Positions 36,112 to 47,417 of a DNA stretch of 64,000 nucleotides are shown here, one piece after another. Made by a program: the position numbers and the translations under genes. The notes beneath the pieces were generated by a model. That model was not told the DNA's origin and searched no databases. It saw only the letters and a program-made list of their open reading frames with translations. This stretch comes from Diplonema japonicum (Eukaryota > Protista > Euglenozoa: Diplonemea), in assembly GCA_964019335.1 (NCBI GenBank), contig OZ025697.1, positions 1-64,000 of the forward strand, written 5' to 3'. The first letter of the stretch is position 1; every line of letters starts with the position of its first letter.

Positions 36112-36344
36112 CGCCCCTTATCTCTAAAACCCGTCTGGTCAATCCTAGAGGGGGTTACAGGGAATCTTTGGTCAAATTTCGAATATTCCAAAGGTTGGGC
36201 TGAGAAAAACCCTTCTGGTTTTGTGGGAAAAAAAAAACCCCCGTTGTTCGGGAGAGGGTTCTAGCAAATCATACCCTCAAAAAAAAAAAAAAAAAAAGAA
36301 ATCGTCAAAAAGAAATTGTTTGAAGTAGCACGGGTTTTAGAGAC
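36112..36344. mobile_element. MITE, CGC...ATCTCTAAAAC family (right end truncated)
   Basis: CGCCCCTTATCTCTAAAACCCGT ... ACGGGTTTTAGAGA. Confidence 0.6.
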
Positions 36345-36355
36345 AGTAAAAGAAA

Positions 36356-36678
36356 TATATGAGTTAAAGGAGGCCGGTGTTGGCGGCGCCCTGCACAAGA
36401 ACTGTCTACTTGATTACAGGGGGCACACCGCGGCCGAGTTGTAGCTTCTTCTGCATTCCGCGTCGTGTCCTTGATGCGTGCGGTGTACAGCTCAACCCCA
36501 GCCGGGACGTCCCGGGTAACCAAGATTCTGCGCTCGTGCAGTTTGCTGCCTGTTCGTCACCCTGAGCATCTGCGTTACGTTCTTCCACTCGGGCGCTACC
36601 GGTGATGACCGACGAGGAGGTCAACAGCGAACAACACATCTGATGTTTTTCTTATATTTTCATGTTATCCCCACCACC
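36356..36678 (-). mobile_element. Short LINE-3'-derived retroposon, family A (longest copy)
   Basis: Homologous copies at ~10543-10579, ~19143-19355, ~45273-45507 and ~45755-45910, all in the same orientation. Confidence 0.8.
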
Positions 36679-37873
36679 TGAAAAAGAAATAGCTGTTTTA
36701 CTGCCAACAAAGGAAATTACTTCTCATCACAAGGGCACAAAAGCCTTGCCCGGGAAGCCCGTAGCATGCCGAAGTAGTTTCACAATTTACTTATTGAGAT
36801 GTAACATGAGGTAAATTTCAGAAGATTGAAATAGGGAGAGGGACGCAGAAGCAACTAAACACGGCACAAGGCCGCAGAGACCACCTCCATGGGATAAGGG
36901 GACTTTCCGCTCGTCTCCTTAAATTAAAAAAAAAAAGAATACCAAAAAAAGTGAACCAGAGTTACCAGAACCTAAAAAAAAAAAAAGAGAGGAAGAAAAA
37001 AAAAAAGTGCTTTAAAAAATTCAGTGTGTGCATGTGCTCACTGTCCAGATTCACCTTAATCGATCGTTGCCATCTGCCTACGCTGGCTATCTATTACCAT
37101 AGCACCACAACGCTGTCAGGAGGGCATTACGCTCCCCTGCTTGCGGTGCCGAGGTCGTTGCACCAAACAGGTCGATGTTCGTTGATACGTAAAAAAAAAG
37201 AAGGAAAAAAAAAAAAAGAGGGAAAGAGTGCCATAATAAGAAAAAGAAGAAAGAAATTGATAAATTTCGGTGTGCGGGTGCCCACCGTTCAAGGAGAAAT
37301 TCAGTTGCGCCCCTAGGCATGATCCCGTGGAGGGCGGTCACAGCAGGCAGATCACTTCGTGTCATCCGCTAGTGGGTATGCCCTTCGTTCAGGGCAGCTG
37401 GTGCACTCTCCCACAGAGCGGGTTCCGTGACTTCTGTCGTTGTCTGGCATCAGTGGTCGCGAGAAAAAAAAAGTCGAAAAGGTGAGATAATCTTTTACTG
37501 CATTTCAAAAAAAGATTCACTCCTATTTCCTCCCATTAGGGATACTGAATGAAAGTAAAATCGAAGAGAGGTAAAATAAAACTACCTTTATTCACATCCC
37601 CAATGAACTTTCTATCCCGTGAGTTTCTGTTTTTTTATTTTCTTTCATTTCACTCGGGTGACAAAAAAAAAATTCATTATGTTCGTTGTGAATAAAAAAA
37701 ACATTTTTTTTTCTTCCCCCCTTTCTATCTTTTAGTTTTATTCATTTGTTCATCCAGAAAAAAAAACAAAACAAAAAATAAAAAAACAAAGAGAACACAT
37801 TCAAGCGACCTTTTGTAAAAAGCATAAAATATATTCAAAAAAAAAAAAAAGGCATGCCGCCATATTAGAGATT

Positions 37874-40800
37874 CTAAATACGGTGGAGCGGCCTTCTAGA
37901 CTGCCTGAAACTACTCTTACTGTTAATAGACGAGCCAAGCCCTTCAGCGGCGGTGACAATGGAAAGATTTCGCGGGAGATTCAAATCCCTTGAGGACTTG
38001 ATGAGGAGTGGCTGCTGCGTCTGGAAGAGCGGACCATCCTCCGAGGAAGGAATGGACGGGGCATACAGCGTAGGGTCAATCATCTCTTGGACAGGTACAT
38101 GATCATCAATGTGTGGCTCGCGGGCATACTTCCTAGCGTTGACTCTGCGGCCGATGTATAGGTCAAAACCATAAGTAGCGAAATCCCAAACACATTTCAA
38201 AAACACAAGCAAAGCGGAGCACAGCAACACATAAGCTGCAATAGTGAAGAAGGCACTATCGGATGTAGCCTCGACCAGCAGCCCTGTCGTCATAAGCACC
38301 ACAGCCCCGAACATTGTCCCTGCAATCAACGACGCCACTGTGTTGTCCATCGCCGATGAATACGGCCTGCGGAGCATCACCGCTAGTAAAAACAAGAGAA
38401 ACAGCACGCATATCATCACATTCCTCGTGTTGCACTCCTGTCCTTTGCTCGGCCGCCATGACGACAGGATGCTCAGCAGCACCATGACCACTATCTCCAC
38501 CATGCTGAACCACGCGCTGCCTTCCTTCAGCGACTCGAACAGGATTCCGTACTTTTCTGCGAAGTAGCTGCCTTCATCAGAGCTCACCCATATCGTGGGC
38601 CCGAACACGAATCTGTACACCTTAGCCTTCGTCCCTGTGTACGGCTCGACACGATGGACAGGGTCAGCCGCCGCCATCCTCAGGACCATAGGGTCGTCGG
38701 GGAACAACCTTGGGTCGGGGATGGGCATCGCCTCGTACTGTATCCTACGCAGGATCGCGAAGTACAGCACAACCGGGCTGAAGAAACACGCCACCAGCAT
38801 CACTACGCTCCACACTGTGAACAGCTGCAGGTCGCTGTCGGGGAAGAACCCCAGCCGAGCGCTCACTAGACTGGTCCCTTGAATTAGGAACATAAAAGGG
38901 ATGAACACCAACCCAGGTGCACGCACTTTGCCCTGTGCCTCCTCCCATGGATAGTTGAACCCATGGTGCAAGATAGCCACAGCAGAGTACAGCACGACGA
39001 CCGTCGCCATAATGATCAACGGGTTCATCACAATGGCCCCCACAAGGTACATCTTCTTCGACCCGATGCCCAGCCCCACTGGGTGGAATTCCCAGTCCAG
39101 TGCCTCTTCGCTGATATCCACGTCTTCTACCTGTGGATGTGAGTGAGGAAGTAGAATGGCCCCCGTACGTGTGCATACCTCGCATCCGAAGTTCTTAATG
39201 ACAACCACCATGGCAGCGGAGCCTGCGCCTCCACCCGCACCTGCCACAGCTGCAACACTAGCTGCTGCAGTGGTAGCACCTTTCACTGCACTTTCCTGCT
39301 TTTTAGGAATCACCGAAGAAGGGGGTGCACTTGTCGGTTCTGATGGTGACTAGAAGAAAATAAATTAACACGTACCTTGTGACGGCTCTGCAGTTGGCTT
39401 CGTCGAACCAGTGTCAGGCTCTTGTGTTGCATCCATGGGTGCCTGCGTGGGTGCAGATGTCTCGGGGGACAAGGTGGGCGGCGCTGGTGTGGGCACGCCC
39501 GTTTCAGGAAAAGGTGTTGCTGGCGAAGGTGTGTCCGGTGGAACTGTCGGTTGCGCTGTGCTAGGTGCAAACGTCGGCGGCACTCCTGGGATGCCTGTTG
39601 CGGGAGCTGAAGTTGCCGGTACTTGTGTTGCAGGAGCCTGAGTCGGAACAGCAGTTGGAGGTGCGAACGTTGGTGGCACTCCAGGGATGCCTGTTGCGGG
39701 AGCTGAAGTTGCAGGTACTTGTGTTGCAGGAGCCTGAGTCGGAACAGCAGTTGGAGGGATGCCTGTTGCGGGTGCAGGTGTTTCTGGTGCTTGAGTAGCT
39801 GGGGCTTGTGTAGCAGGTGGTACAGTGGCTGGTGCGACTGTTGCAGGCGCAGAGGTTGCAGGTGCTGAGGTCACAGGCGACAAGGTCGCAGGAGCTTGTG
39901 TTACTGGTACAGCTGTATCAGGAGCGGGTGTAGCAGGTGCTGTTGTGGGAATGGCCGTAGCTGGTGCGACTGTTGGAGGCACACCTGGAATGCCTGTCGC
40001 AGGAGCTGTTGTTGCAGGAGCCGAGGTTGCGGGTGCTGGTGTAGCAGGAGAGGGAGTGGCCGGGGGTGAAGTTGCCGGCGCTGGAGTTGCAGGGGGGAGG
40101 GTAGCTGGTGCAGGTGTGGCAGGGGCAGTTGTTGGAATAGCCGTCGGTGGCGCAAGTGTTGGGGGCACTCCAGGAATTCCCGTTGAAGGTGCTTGTGTTG
40201 CAGGAACAGGGGTAGCAGGTGCTGGTGTTGCTGGTGCCGAAGTGGCTGGTGCCAAGGTTGCTGGCGCCACTGTTGCAGGAGCAGGTGTCTCAGGGACTGG
40301 CGTTGCTGGTGCTGGCGTCGCTGGGGCGGGTGTGGCAGGAGCAGATGTTGCTGGGGCGGGTGTCGCAGGAGCTGGTGTAGCTGGGGCTGGTGTTGCAGGA
40401 GCAGGTGTTGCTGGGGCTGACGTCGCAGGGACGGGTGTAGCAGGAGCAGATGTTGCTGGGGTTGGTGTCGCAGGAGCTGGCGTAGCCGGGGCTGGTGTTG
40501 CAGGAGCAGGTGTTGCTGGTGCTGGTGTCGCTGGGGCGGGGGTAGCAGGAGCAGGTGTTGCGGGTGCTGGCGTGGCTGGGGCGGGTGTCGCAGGGGCAGG
40601 TGTAGCAGGGGCTGGTGTTGCCGGAGCAGGTGTTGCCGGAGCTGGGGTCGCTGGGGCAGATGTTGCTGGTGCTGGAGTCGCTGGGGCGGGTGTTGCAGGG
40701 GCAGATGTTGCTGGTGCTGGAGTCGCTGGGGCAGGTGTAGCAGGAGCAGGTGTCGCAGGAGCTGGCGTAGCCGGAGCAGGTGTTGCTGGGGCTGGTGTCG

Positions 40801-42274
40801 CAGGAGCAGGTGTCGCAGGAGCTGGTGTAGCTGGGGATGGTGTTGCCGGAGCAGGTGTTGCTGGTGCTGGTGTTGCAGGGGCAGGAGTAGCAGGAGCTGG
40901 CGTCGCTGGGGCGGGTGTTGCTGGTGCTGGTGTCGCAGGGGCAGGTGTCGCAGGAGCTGGCGTCGCTGGGGCGGGTGTTGCCGGAGCAGGTGTTGCTGGT
41001 GCTGGGGTCGCTGGGGCGAGTGTTGCAGGTGCTAACGTATTCCCCGTTGCTGCACCTGCAAGTTGTGTATTACAAACATTAGTTCCAGTGCCACAAGTCA
41101 CCGGGGACAACTGGCCCGTAGCAACGCCACCGTTGCAAGCAGCGTCTTGATTGCAGGTGATCTTGCACTTATCAACTGCTGTTGGTGGACACTTCATGTT
41201 GTTCGCCGAACAAGTGTCGGGGTACATGCACTTGCTCTCACAAAGTACGACATCGTCGTTGTTGCAGTTGAAGGTCGACGACTTGCACGCACTGGGAGAG
41301 TTGCAGTCCCTAGTGCACGTCCTGCCTGCCGAGCAGGTAAAGGTCATCTGCTTGCACGAGTCAACACCTCGACAGACAGCCTTTGTCTCGCCGCTCCCCG
41401 AAGTGGTGACGACATGGTCGATCTGTGCCTGATTGCAGGAGCCGGCCTTAGAACAGTCCATGGTGCAGGCGCCGAACTGGGGGCAGGACAGCCTGGCCTT
41501 GTAGCACGCTTCGCTGAAGGAGCAGGTGGCTGAGCATGCTCCGAATTTGTTGCATGTGATGTCCAACTCATTGCACGCTTTGTCCCCTTCGCACTTCACG
41601 CTGACGGCACCTGTCTGGCCGCCACCCGCAACGATGTGCCCCCTATCACAGGATGTTGTGGCCTTGCAGTTCATGTAGCTGGGGCTGTTCCCGGAGCTGG
41701 TCAAATGGATGTACTCGCAGGAGCTGGGTTCGTTGCAGTTCACAGTGAAGCCGGTGGAGTAAGTGCCGTCGACTTGCATACGGGTGGAACTATCTGATGA
41801 AGCGCATGCTTTGTTCGAGCAGTCAATGGTGCAGGTGTTCTGAGGGCATACGACGTTGGACTTGGTGCAGGCATCGGGGGCAGAGCAGGTCATTGTGAGG
41901 GCACCAGCCGTAGTATGCGCAGCCTGCTGGACACGTGTGTCGTAGCAAGCATTTGAAGTAGTGCACTGTATGTCACAGGTGCCTTGCGACGGGCAGTTGA
42001 GTTCTGCTCGTTGACAAGCGTTGTTGTTGGAACACTGCAGGTTGCATGCTGCGGTATCTGGGCACGTCACTGTCAGATCCCGACAAGAGGCATCGCCTGT
42101 ACATTTTATGGTACAATCTGTGCTAGGACTCGGACATGTTGCTGTGCAGCTCTGGCAGTCTGATCCTGTACAAGTCAGCACCCCTCCTGCGAAGGACGGA
42201 CTGCACGCAACGGCCTCTGCACCACGGAGGAAGCAGTTGATAATGAAACAAGTTATTAAAAAGGATCCTCTCAT
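37874..42274 (-). CDS. Large surface protein: signal peptide, Cys-rich repeats, ATPAP mucin stalk, multi-TM C-terminal domain
   Basis: Intron 39340-39375 joins the two ORFs in frame (Q-E-P), and a second in-frame intron is 48 nt. Roughly 14 C-x4-(S/A)C repeats and many hydrophobic helices. Confidence 0.85.
39830..41035 (-). repeat. 15-bp coding tandem repeat (ATPAP)n
   Basis: Dozens of ATPAP units with wobble-position variation. Confidence 0.95.
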
Positions 42275-43343
42275 TTTTTGTTATGCATTTAAGATGGGTT
42301 TCTATTTCTTTTTTTTTTTTTTGAAATCTTTGCGTTCACGTGGTATTATCTCAAGAGGAAATAAAAAAAAAAAGAAAAAAAAAAACAAATTTTCTCTTTC
42401 TTTTCAATTTCTTTTTGACTCATATAGGTCTGCTCTCACAATAATGAGGGGGAAAGAAAAGGAGGAAAAAAAAAACATAAACACGCCTTTCTTTTTTAAA
42501 ACTTTTCTGTTTTAAATGACATAAAAAAAAGGGGGGGGGTGCGAGAGGTTGACGAAAGGGGGTTGAGGGGAGACCAGGTCTGTACTTTCGGGTTCATATT
42601 CTTTTTCTTTTCTTTGTCGAGATGTGTTATTCCTCCCTTTTTGCTTCTTTTTCTTTCTTTTTTTTTCCTTTTTCTTGTTTACTTTTGAAAGTTCAACCTT
42701 CACAGGGGGACCACTCTCAAGCACAATCGATTTTTTTTTACCGCAAGATTTAGTAGAAACAATATGACCTTCTTTTTTTTTTTTTGACCCAACCATATTG
42801 GGAGGACGAAATAGTTGCACCCGTCTAGAATTTGGTTTTTTTTTTTCCGGATTCGTTTTCTGGAATTAATATCTTCAAAAAAATTCTTAAAAGGTCACAT
42901 GATTGTCTTTAAAAAAAAAAACGGTGATGAAACTTAAAATTAAAAATCTCGCCATCCTTCTTTTTTCGTTTTGTGCATGAGCCCGACTCTGAAAAAGAAA
43001 AAGGGGGGAATCATCTAGGGGTGAAGAGAAAAGAAAAAAAAAAAAAAAAAAAAAAAGAAAGGGAACAAAAAAAAGGGGGGAATCGCCGTTTTTTTTGTAC
43101 GTACCGGGGTAATATAAAACCCGCAAGCGCGTCGCCGCCCCCCTCCCTTCTTTTTCTTTTGTCTAGACAAGTCAAAGACTCGTTCTCACAAAGAAGAAGA
43201 AGGAAAAAAAAAACTAAGATAGACTAAACCCTTATAAAAAAAAAAGAAAAATTAAACCCCAGTGCAGAATCAATTAAGACCAGTGGGACTAATGGACAAA
43301 AAAAAATCCGGAGGGGTGGGGTATATGAATGGGAAAAAATAGC

Positions 43344-44023
43344 TATTTACTTACCGTCGAGGGCCCGCAGGGCCCGAGATGGTAAAATGCGGTACCGAGA
43401 GGTCGGTAAAGCATTACTTGGCGGTAGGTAAGTGGTTTTATTTCACGACACTCTGAAATTACTTCACCACGAGGGGCACAACAGGGTGACAAGGGGTACA
43501 ACAAGAGAGGGGTTACAAAGGTTACAATACAAGTTGTTTTTCCTCCTTTTGTTGACTAAGAGCTGCCGCTGTCGCTGGCATTGCCACTGTCACCATCTCT
43601 AATCAGGCCTTCCCATACCTAGCGTGGCCGCTGGCTCCTTTTTTTCTGCTGCTTTGGTATTTTGAAGTCTTTTGGGGTGCTTGGGTAAGCTGACTAAGTT
43701 ACCCTTACCCACAGAAGAGTTACCCACAGAAACTGGGAACAAGGCGTAGCCAAAAGTGGGCAAATTGGGAGGAAAAAGTAGTCCAACTTGGAACTGAGCC
43801 GAGCAAAAGTTGGCCAATTGAGCTGAACCTGGGGGGAAACAGCAAACTGAGAGGAAAAAGTAGCCCCACTGGGAACCGAACCGAGGCAAAAATTGGTACC
43901 GAGGCATATTATTTAACGGAAACCCCCTATTACTTCACGGAAAACAGGCCATTATTTCACCGTGAAGTAATGAGATTTAGCGTGAAGTAGTGCGTGAAGT
44001 AATTTCTGAAGAGTGAAATAAAA
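43344..44023. mobile_element. Inverted-repeat element with terminal hairpin (Crypton-like non-autonomous?)
   Basis: TTTTATTTCAC..GAAATTACTTCAC (43436-43467) is inverted at ~43994-44023. The left arm ACTTACC...GGTAAGT encloses GAGGGCCCGCAGGGCCCGAG. Confidence 0.5.
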
Positions 44024-44039
44024 AAAAAAAAAAAAGAAT

Positions 44040-45008
44040 TCATGCAACAAAGGAATCCGGCTGAAGCCGCAGCAACAACATCCGCTCCCCATTTCTGATA
44101 AACGTTTGTTCGGTGGGGGAAAAGCCTATCCGGGTGTAAAATCGAAGCAGCTTCTCGTTAGTTTCCTGGATCAACAAAAATACCGCTTCCGACCCATGCT
44201 CAGAAAACGCATGCTGACACGCCTTGGTCACCATCGCAGTCCCCAAATGCCTCGCACGAAAAAATGGAATTATATACACATATGCAATAAAGGAATACCG
44301 GCTACAAGCCGCCCAATGGCACCAAACCTCATTCGGCTCAACAGTATGAGTAAGAACCTCAATATGCCCGACGGGGGTAATTCCTTTAGAGTACGCTGTG
44401 AATATCGAACATTGTTCTGCTGACATTTCGTTCTCGTCCCACACCTTAAGAACACCTTCCTTGGTGAGCGGTCTGCTGAAATCACCGCTGTCGACTAGAA
44501 ATGAAGCTTCAGAACCTTCTGTTCGAAGCCATTCGCATAGTAGTGAAGCTGTCTCTTCTCGCTCGTCCATTGAATGTGTGTACTCCATAAGAACTAAGGC
44601 TTGAGGAACATCGTCATCAGTGGGGGCCTCCCCACCCCATCCGTGGGGTTGGTACCACGTGCTTTGCTGTGTTTCTTCATCGAAGTAAAACCACCGTCCT
44701 GTCCTCTTTGAGACGAACGCTTTCCATCGCTTCCATTTCAGCGGTCTCGGAACGTCTCGGTACTTGTTGTCCACGTGGCACGGTGCCAGGCTCTCGTCCG
44801 CTGGTATCTTCTCGCATGTCAGCCCATCTATTGTGTCCACTATGTACCACCAAACGCATCCCTCGTATGCAGCCTGCACACCCCACCCCTTGGGCTGGTC
44901 CCATGTTGTTAAACTTTTGTCTTTTTTATTTGCATAATAGTATCGGCCTTCTTTTGATCTGTAGACCGTCCAGTTTCCCCATGTCTTTGGGTAAGGCTCA
45001 GGGCCCAT
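44040..45008 (-). CDS. Tandem WW domains fused to a GNAT acetyltransferase
   Basis: Two W..GRxYY/FY..TWxQP WW domains and GNAT motifs V.I.P.FRARHLG...L....N....RFY..IGF. Confidence 0.85.
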   Translation of the reverse strand: MGPEPYPKTWGNWTVYRSKEGRYYYANKKDKSLTTWDQPKGWGVQAAYEGCVWWYIVDTIDGLTCEKIPADESLAPCHVDNKYRDVPRPLKWKRWKAFVSKRTGRWFYFDEETQQSTWYQPHGWGGEAPTDDDVPQALVLMEYTHSMDEREETASLLCEWLRTEGSEASFLVDSGDFSRPLTKEGVLKVWDENEMSAEQCSIFTAYSKGITPVGHIEVLTHTVEPNEVWCHWAACSRYSFIAYVYIIPFFRARHLGTAMVTKACQHAFSEHGSEAVFLLIQETNEKLLRFYTRIGFSPTEQTFIRNGERMLLLRLQPDSFVA

Positions 45009-46094
45009 GTGGTCTTTTTTTTTTTTTTTTTTTTTTTTTTCTCTTTTTTCCCTTGTGGTGTTACGCCGGTGTTTTTGGTATTTTTAAAGAAAAAAGGGAA
45101 AAAAAAAAGAGAAAAAAAAAAAGCGGGGGAAGAGGGGGTTTTTTTTTTTCTTTTTTTTTCTCGTAACATCTTATGGAAAGAATAAAAAAAAAACAAATAA
45201 AAAGGCGATGTTTAAGGGTAAATCCCACTTGGAGACGACCTTAGTGGGGGGGGGGGGGGGGGGGGGTAATAATTGATTACAGGGTGCACCTCGGTCGTGC
45301 TGTACTTTCTGTTCTTGATGATTAATAATGTGGAGTGTAGCCCCAGCTGGTTACCAAGATTTCTGAGCTCGTGCAGTTTGCTGCCTGTTTATAACCTTAG
45401 TATCTGCAACAATACGCTCGAGGGTGCTGCTGGCGATGACCGACGAGGAGGTCAACAGTAAACACATCTGATGTACTTTCTTTATGTCTCCATGTTACCC
45501 CGCTACCAAAAACACATAAAAAAAAAAACAACTGTTGCGAGAAATTAAAATTTCTTTTCCTTTCTCTCCTTTCCCCCCCTTTTTTTTTCTCTTTTATAGA
45601 TTGATATATATTTTTAAAACGAATGGTTCCCTCTTTTTTTTTTTCTTTTCCCCCCCTTTTTTTATTCTCTCCTTTTTTTCCCCTTCTTTTTTTTTTTTTT
45701 TTTTTTGTTTGTCTTCATTTTACATTGGGGAAAAAAAAAGAAAACCTCAATAATTCAAAGGGGGTCGGTGGGGGCGCCCTGCACAACACCATAGGAGGCG
45801 CACCTCGGCCTAGCAGTTGCTTCTTCTGCGTTCCGCGTCGTGTCCTTAATGCGTGCGGCGCGAGGCTCAACCCCAGCCCCGCTCTATATTTCCATAATAT
45901 CCCCACCACCCGGGAAAAAGAAAATAAGAAGAAAAAAAAAAAGCCCAGTGAAAGGGTTAACTTTGATCATCTTCCTTGTGTGCCTCAAACATTCTGCGCC
46001 TCTCCTTTGGAACAAGAAATTTAAAGTTTAAAAAAGACGAAGAACAAAATAACTTGAGAGCCTCCATACCATCATAAGCTTCACGTTCTCATCT

Positions 46095-47417
46095 CTAAGC
46101 GCTCGCTTTTCGTGCTCTTCCAAAATGGCCTCTATGGGGTCGAGACATGACCAGTGTTGCTTTTGCATCCTGTGTCGTTGTTGTTGCCAACAACACCTCA
46201 TACCTAACAGCATCGAGAAGAAGAGACAGAGCTGCCGAGCGGTGCACCTTACCTGCTGCTGCCTCGATGGCCGTCTTGTCATTCGTGTAGGGGGATATCT
46301 TGTAAGGGCTGCTGCGAAGTGCCTCCAGGACTGCTAGGGAGGATTCCGTGACTGTGCGCTCATTGTAGCCGCCCTCCAGTGCGACAAGGAATGGGACCTT
46401 AAAGGACATCAGCTGCCTTGTCATCCAGGCGAAGCACTGCGGGGTAACATGGCACATCCCCAGGGGGTCCCCCTCCCCAGCGTCGTACCCCGCCGACACC
46501 AGGACCACGTCCGGCCCGAACTCCTGCACAATGGGCAGCACCACTGCCGCGAACGCCAATTGCATCTCGTCATCAGTGACATCTGTGTGCCGCCATGGGA
46601 TGTTCACGTTGTGCCCCTCCCCGTCACGCTCGCCTGTCTCGTTGAGCCGCCCCGTCCCCGGGTAGAACCGCCCACCGCACGACACATGCAAGGACACGTA
46701 CAGCACCTCTGCTGTCTCGTAAAAGGCGTCCTGCACCCCGTTCCCGTGGTGCACGTCCCAGTCAAGGATCAGCACCTTCTTCACGGAGGCGAACTCCTTC
46801 AGCGCCACGGCGGCGGTGATGGCAACGTTGTTAAAGATGCAAAAGCCCATCCCCGAGCTACGCACGGCGTGGTGCCCTGGAGGGCGCACTATGCAGTACC
46901 CTGTATCGATGGCGTTGCTGAGGAGGAGGCGCAGCATTGTTACGCAGCACCCGACAGCGAGGAGCGCTGCAAGGGGCGTGTCAGGAGTGATGGGGGTCAG
47001 CACCTCGTTGGCTGTGTCTGTGATGCATGACTGGTCGCAAGCCATGACCTGCTCGTAGTAGGCAGGGTCGTGCACAAGGCACACCTCCTCGTGGGTCGCC
47101 TCCTTGAAGTCTATCTGCTTGTAGCTTTTAAAAGCCTCGTCTTGCTCAAGCGCCTCCCACAGCGTGCTGCACCGGCCTGGCCGTTCAGGCAGGTCGAGAA
47201 CACTGACACCCTCACTTGGCACAGAATGCAGTAACATCCTGTCGTCCCAACCCACCCCTACCACAGGCCCCTCGAGCTTCTCAAGGGTCCGTCCGTCCTT
47301 CCACAGCACCTCCTCGCCCTCAAGGCTTGTCAACTGGAACCTCTCCCAGCATGCCATCTCCTTCACCACCTCATACAACTTGTCGTTGTGCCTCACCACA
47401 TCGCCCACACGGTGCAT
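46095..47417 (-). CDS. Class II histone deacetylase family protein
   Basis: RPPGHHA, GFCIFNN, DWDVHHGNG, FYPGTG, SAGYD and LEGGY are all intact. Confidence 0.95.
   Translation of the reverse strand: MHRVGDVVRHNDKLYEVVKEMACWERFQLTSLEGEEVLWKDGRTLEKLEGPVVGVGWDDRMLLHSVPSEGVSVLDLPERPGRCSTLWEALEQDEAFKSYKQIDFKEATHEEVCLVHDPAYYEQVMACDQSCITDTANEVLTPITPDTPLAALLAVGCCVTMLRLLLSNAIDTGYCIVRPPGHHAVRSSGMGFCIFNNVAITAAVALKEFASVKKVLILDWDVHHGNGVQDAFYETAEVLYVSLHVSCGGRFYPGTGRLNETGERDGEGHNVNIPWRHTDVTDDEMQLAFAAVVLPIVQEFGPDVVLVSAGYDAGEGDPLGMCHVTPQCFAWMTRQLMSFKVPFLVALEGGYNERTVTESSLAVLEALRSSPYKISPYTNDKTAIEAAAGKVHRSAALSLLLDAVRYEVLLATTTTQDAKATLVMSRPHRGHFGRARKASA

Noticed and set aside
39825-41150. 441-aa plus-strand (GAGVA)n ORF
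   Set aside because: Antisense shadow of the ATPAP repeat.
6409-47417. Functional link between the Arb2-domain gene and the class II HDAC (fused in fungal Hda1/Clr3)
   Set aside because: They are 38 kb apart with many unrelated genes between them, and nothing beyond coincidence supports a link.
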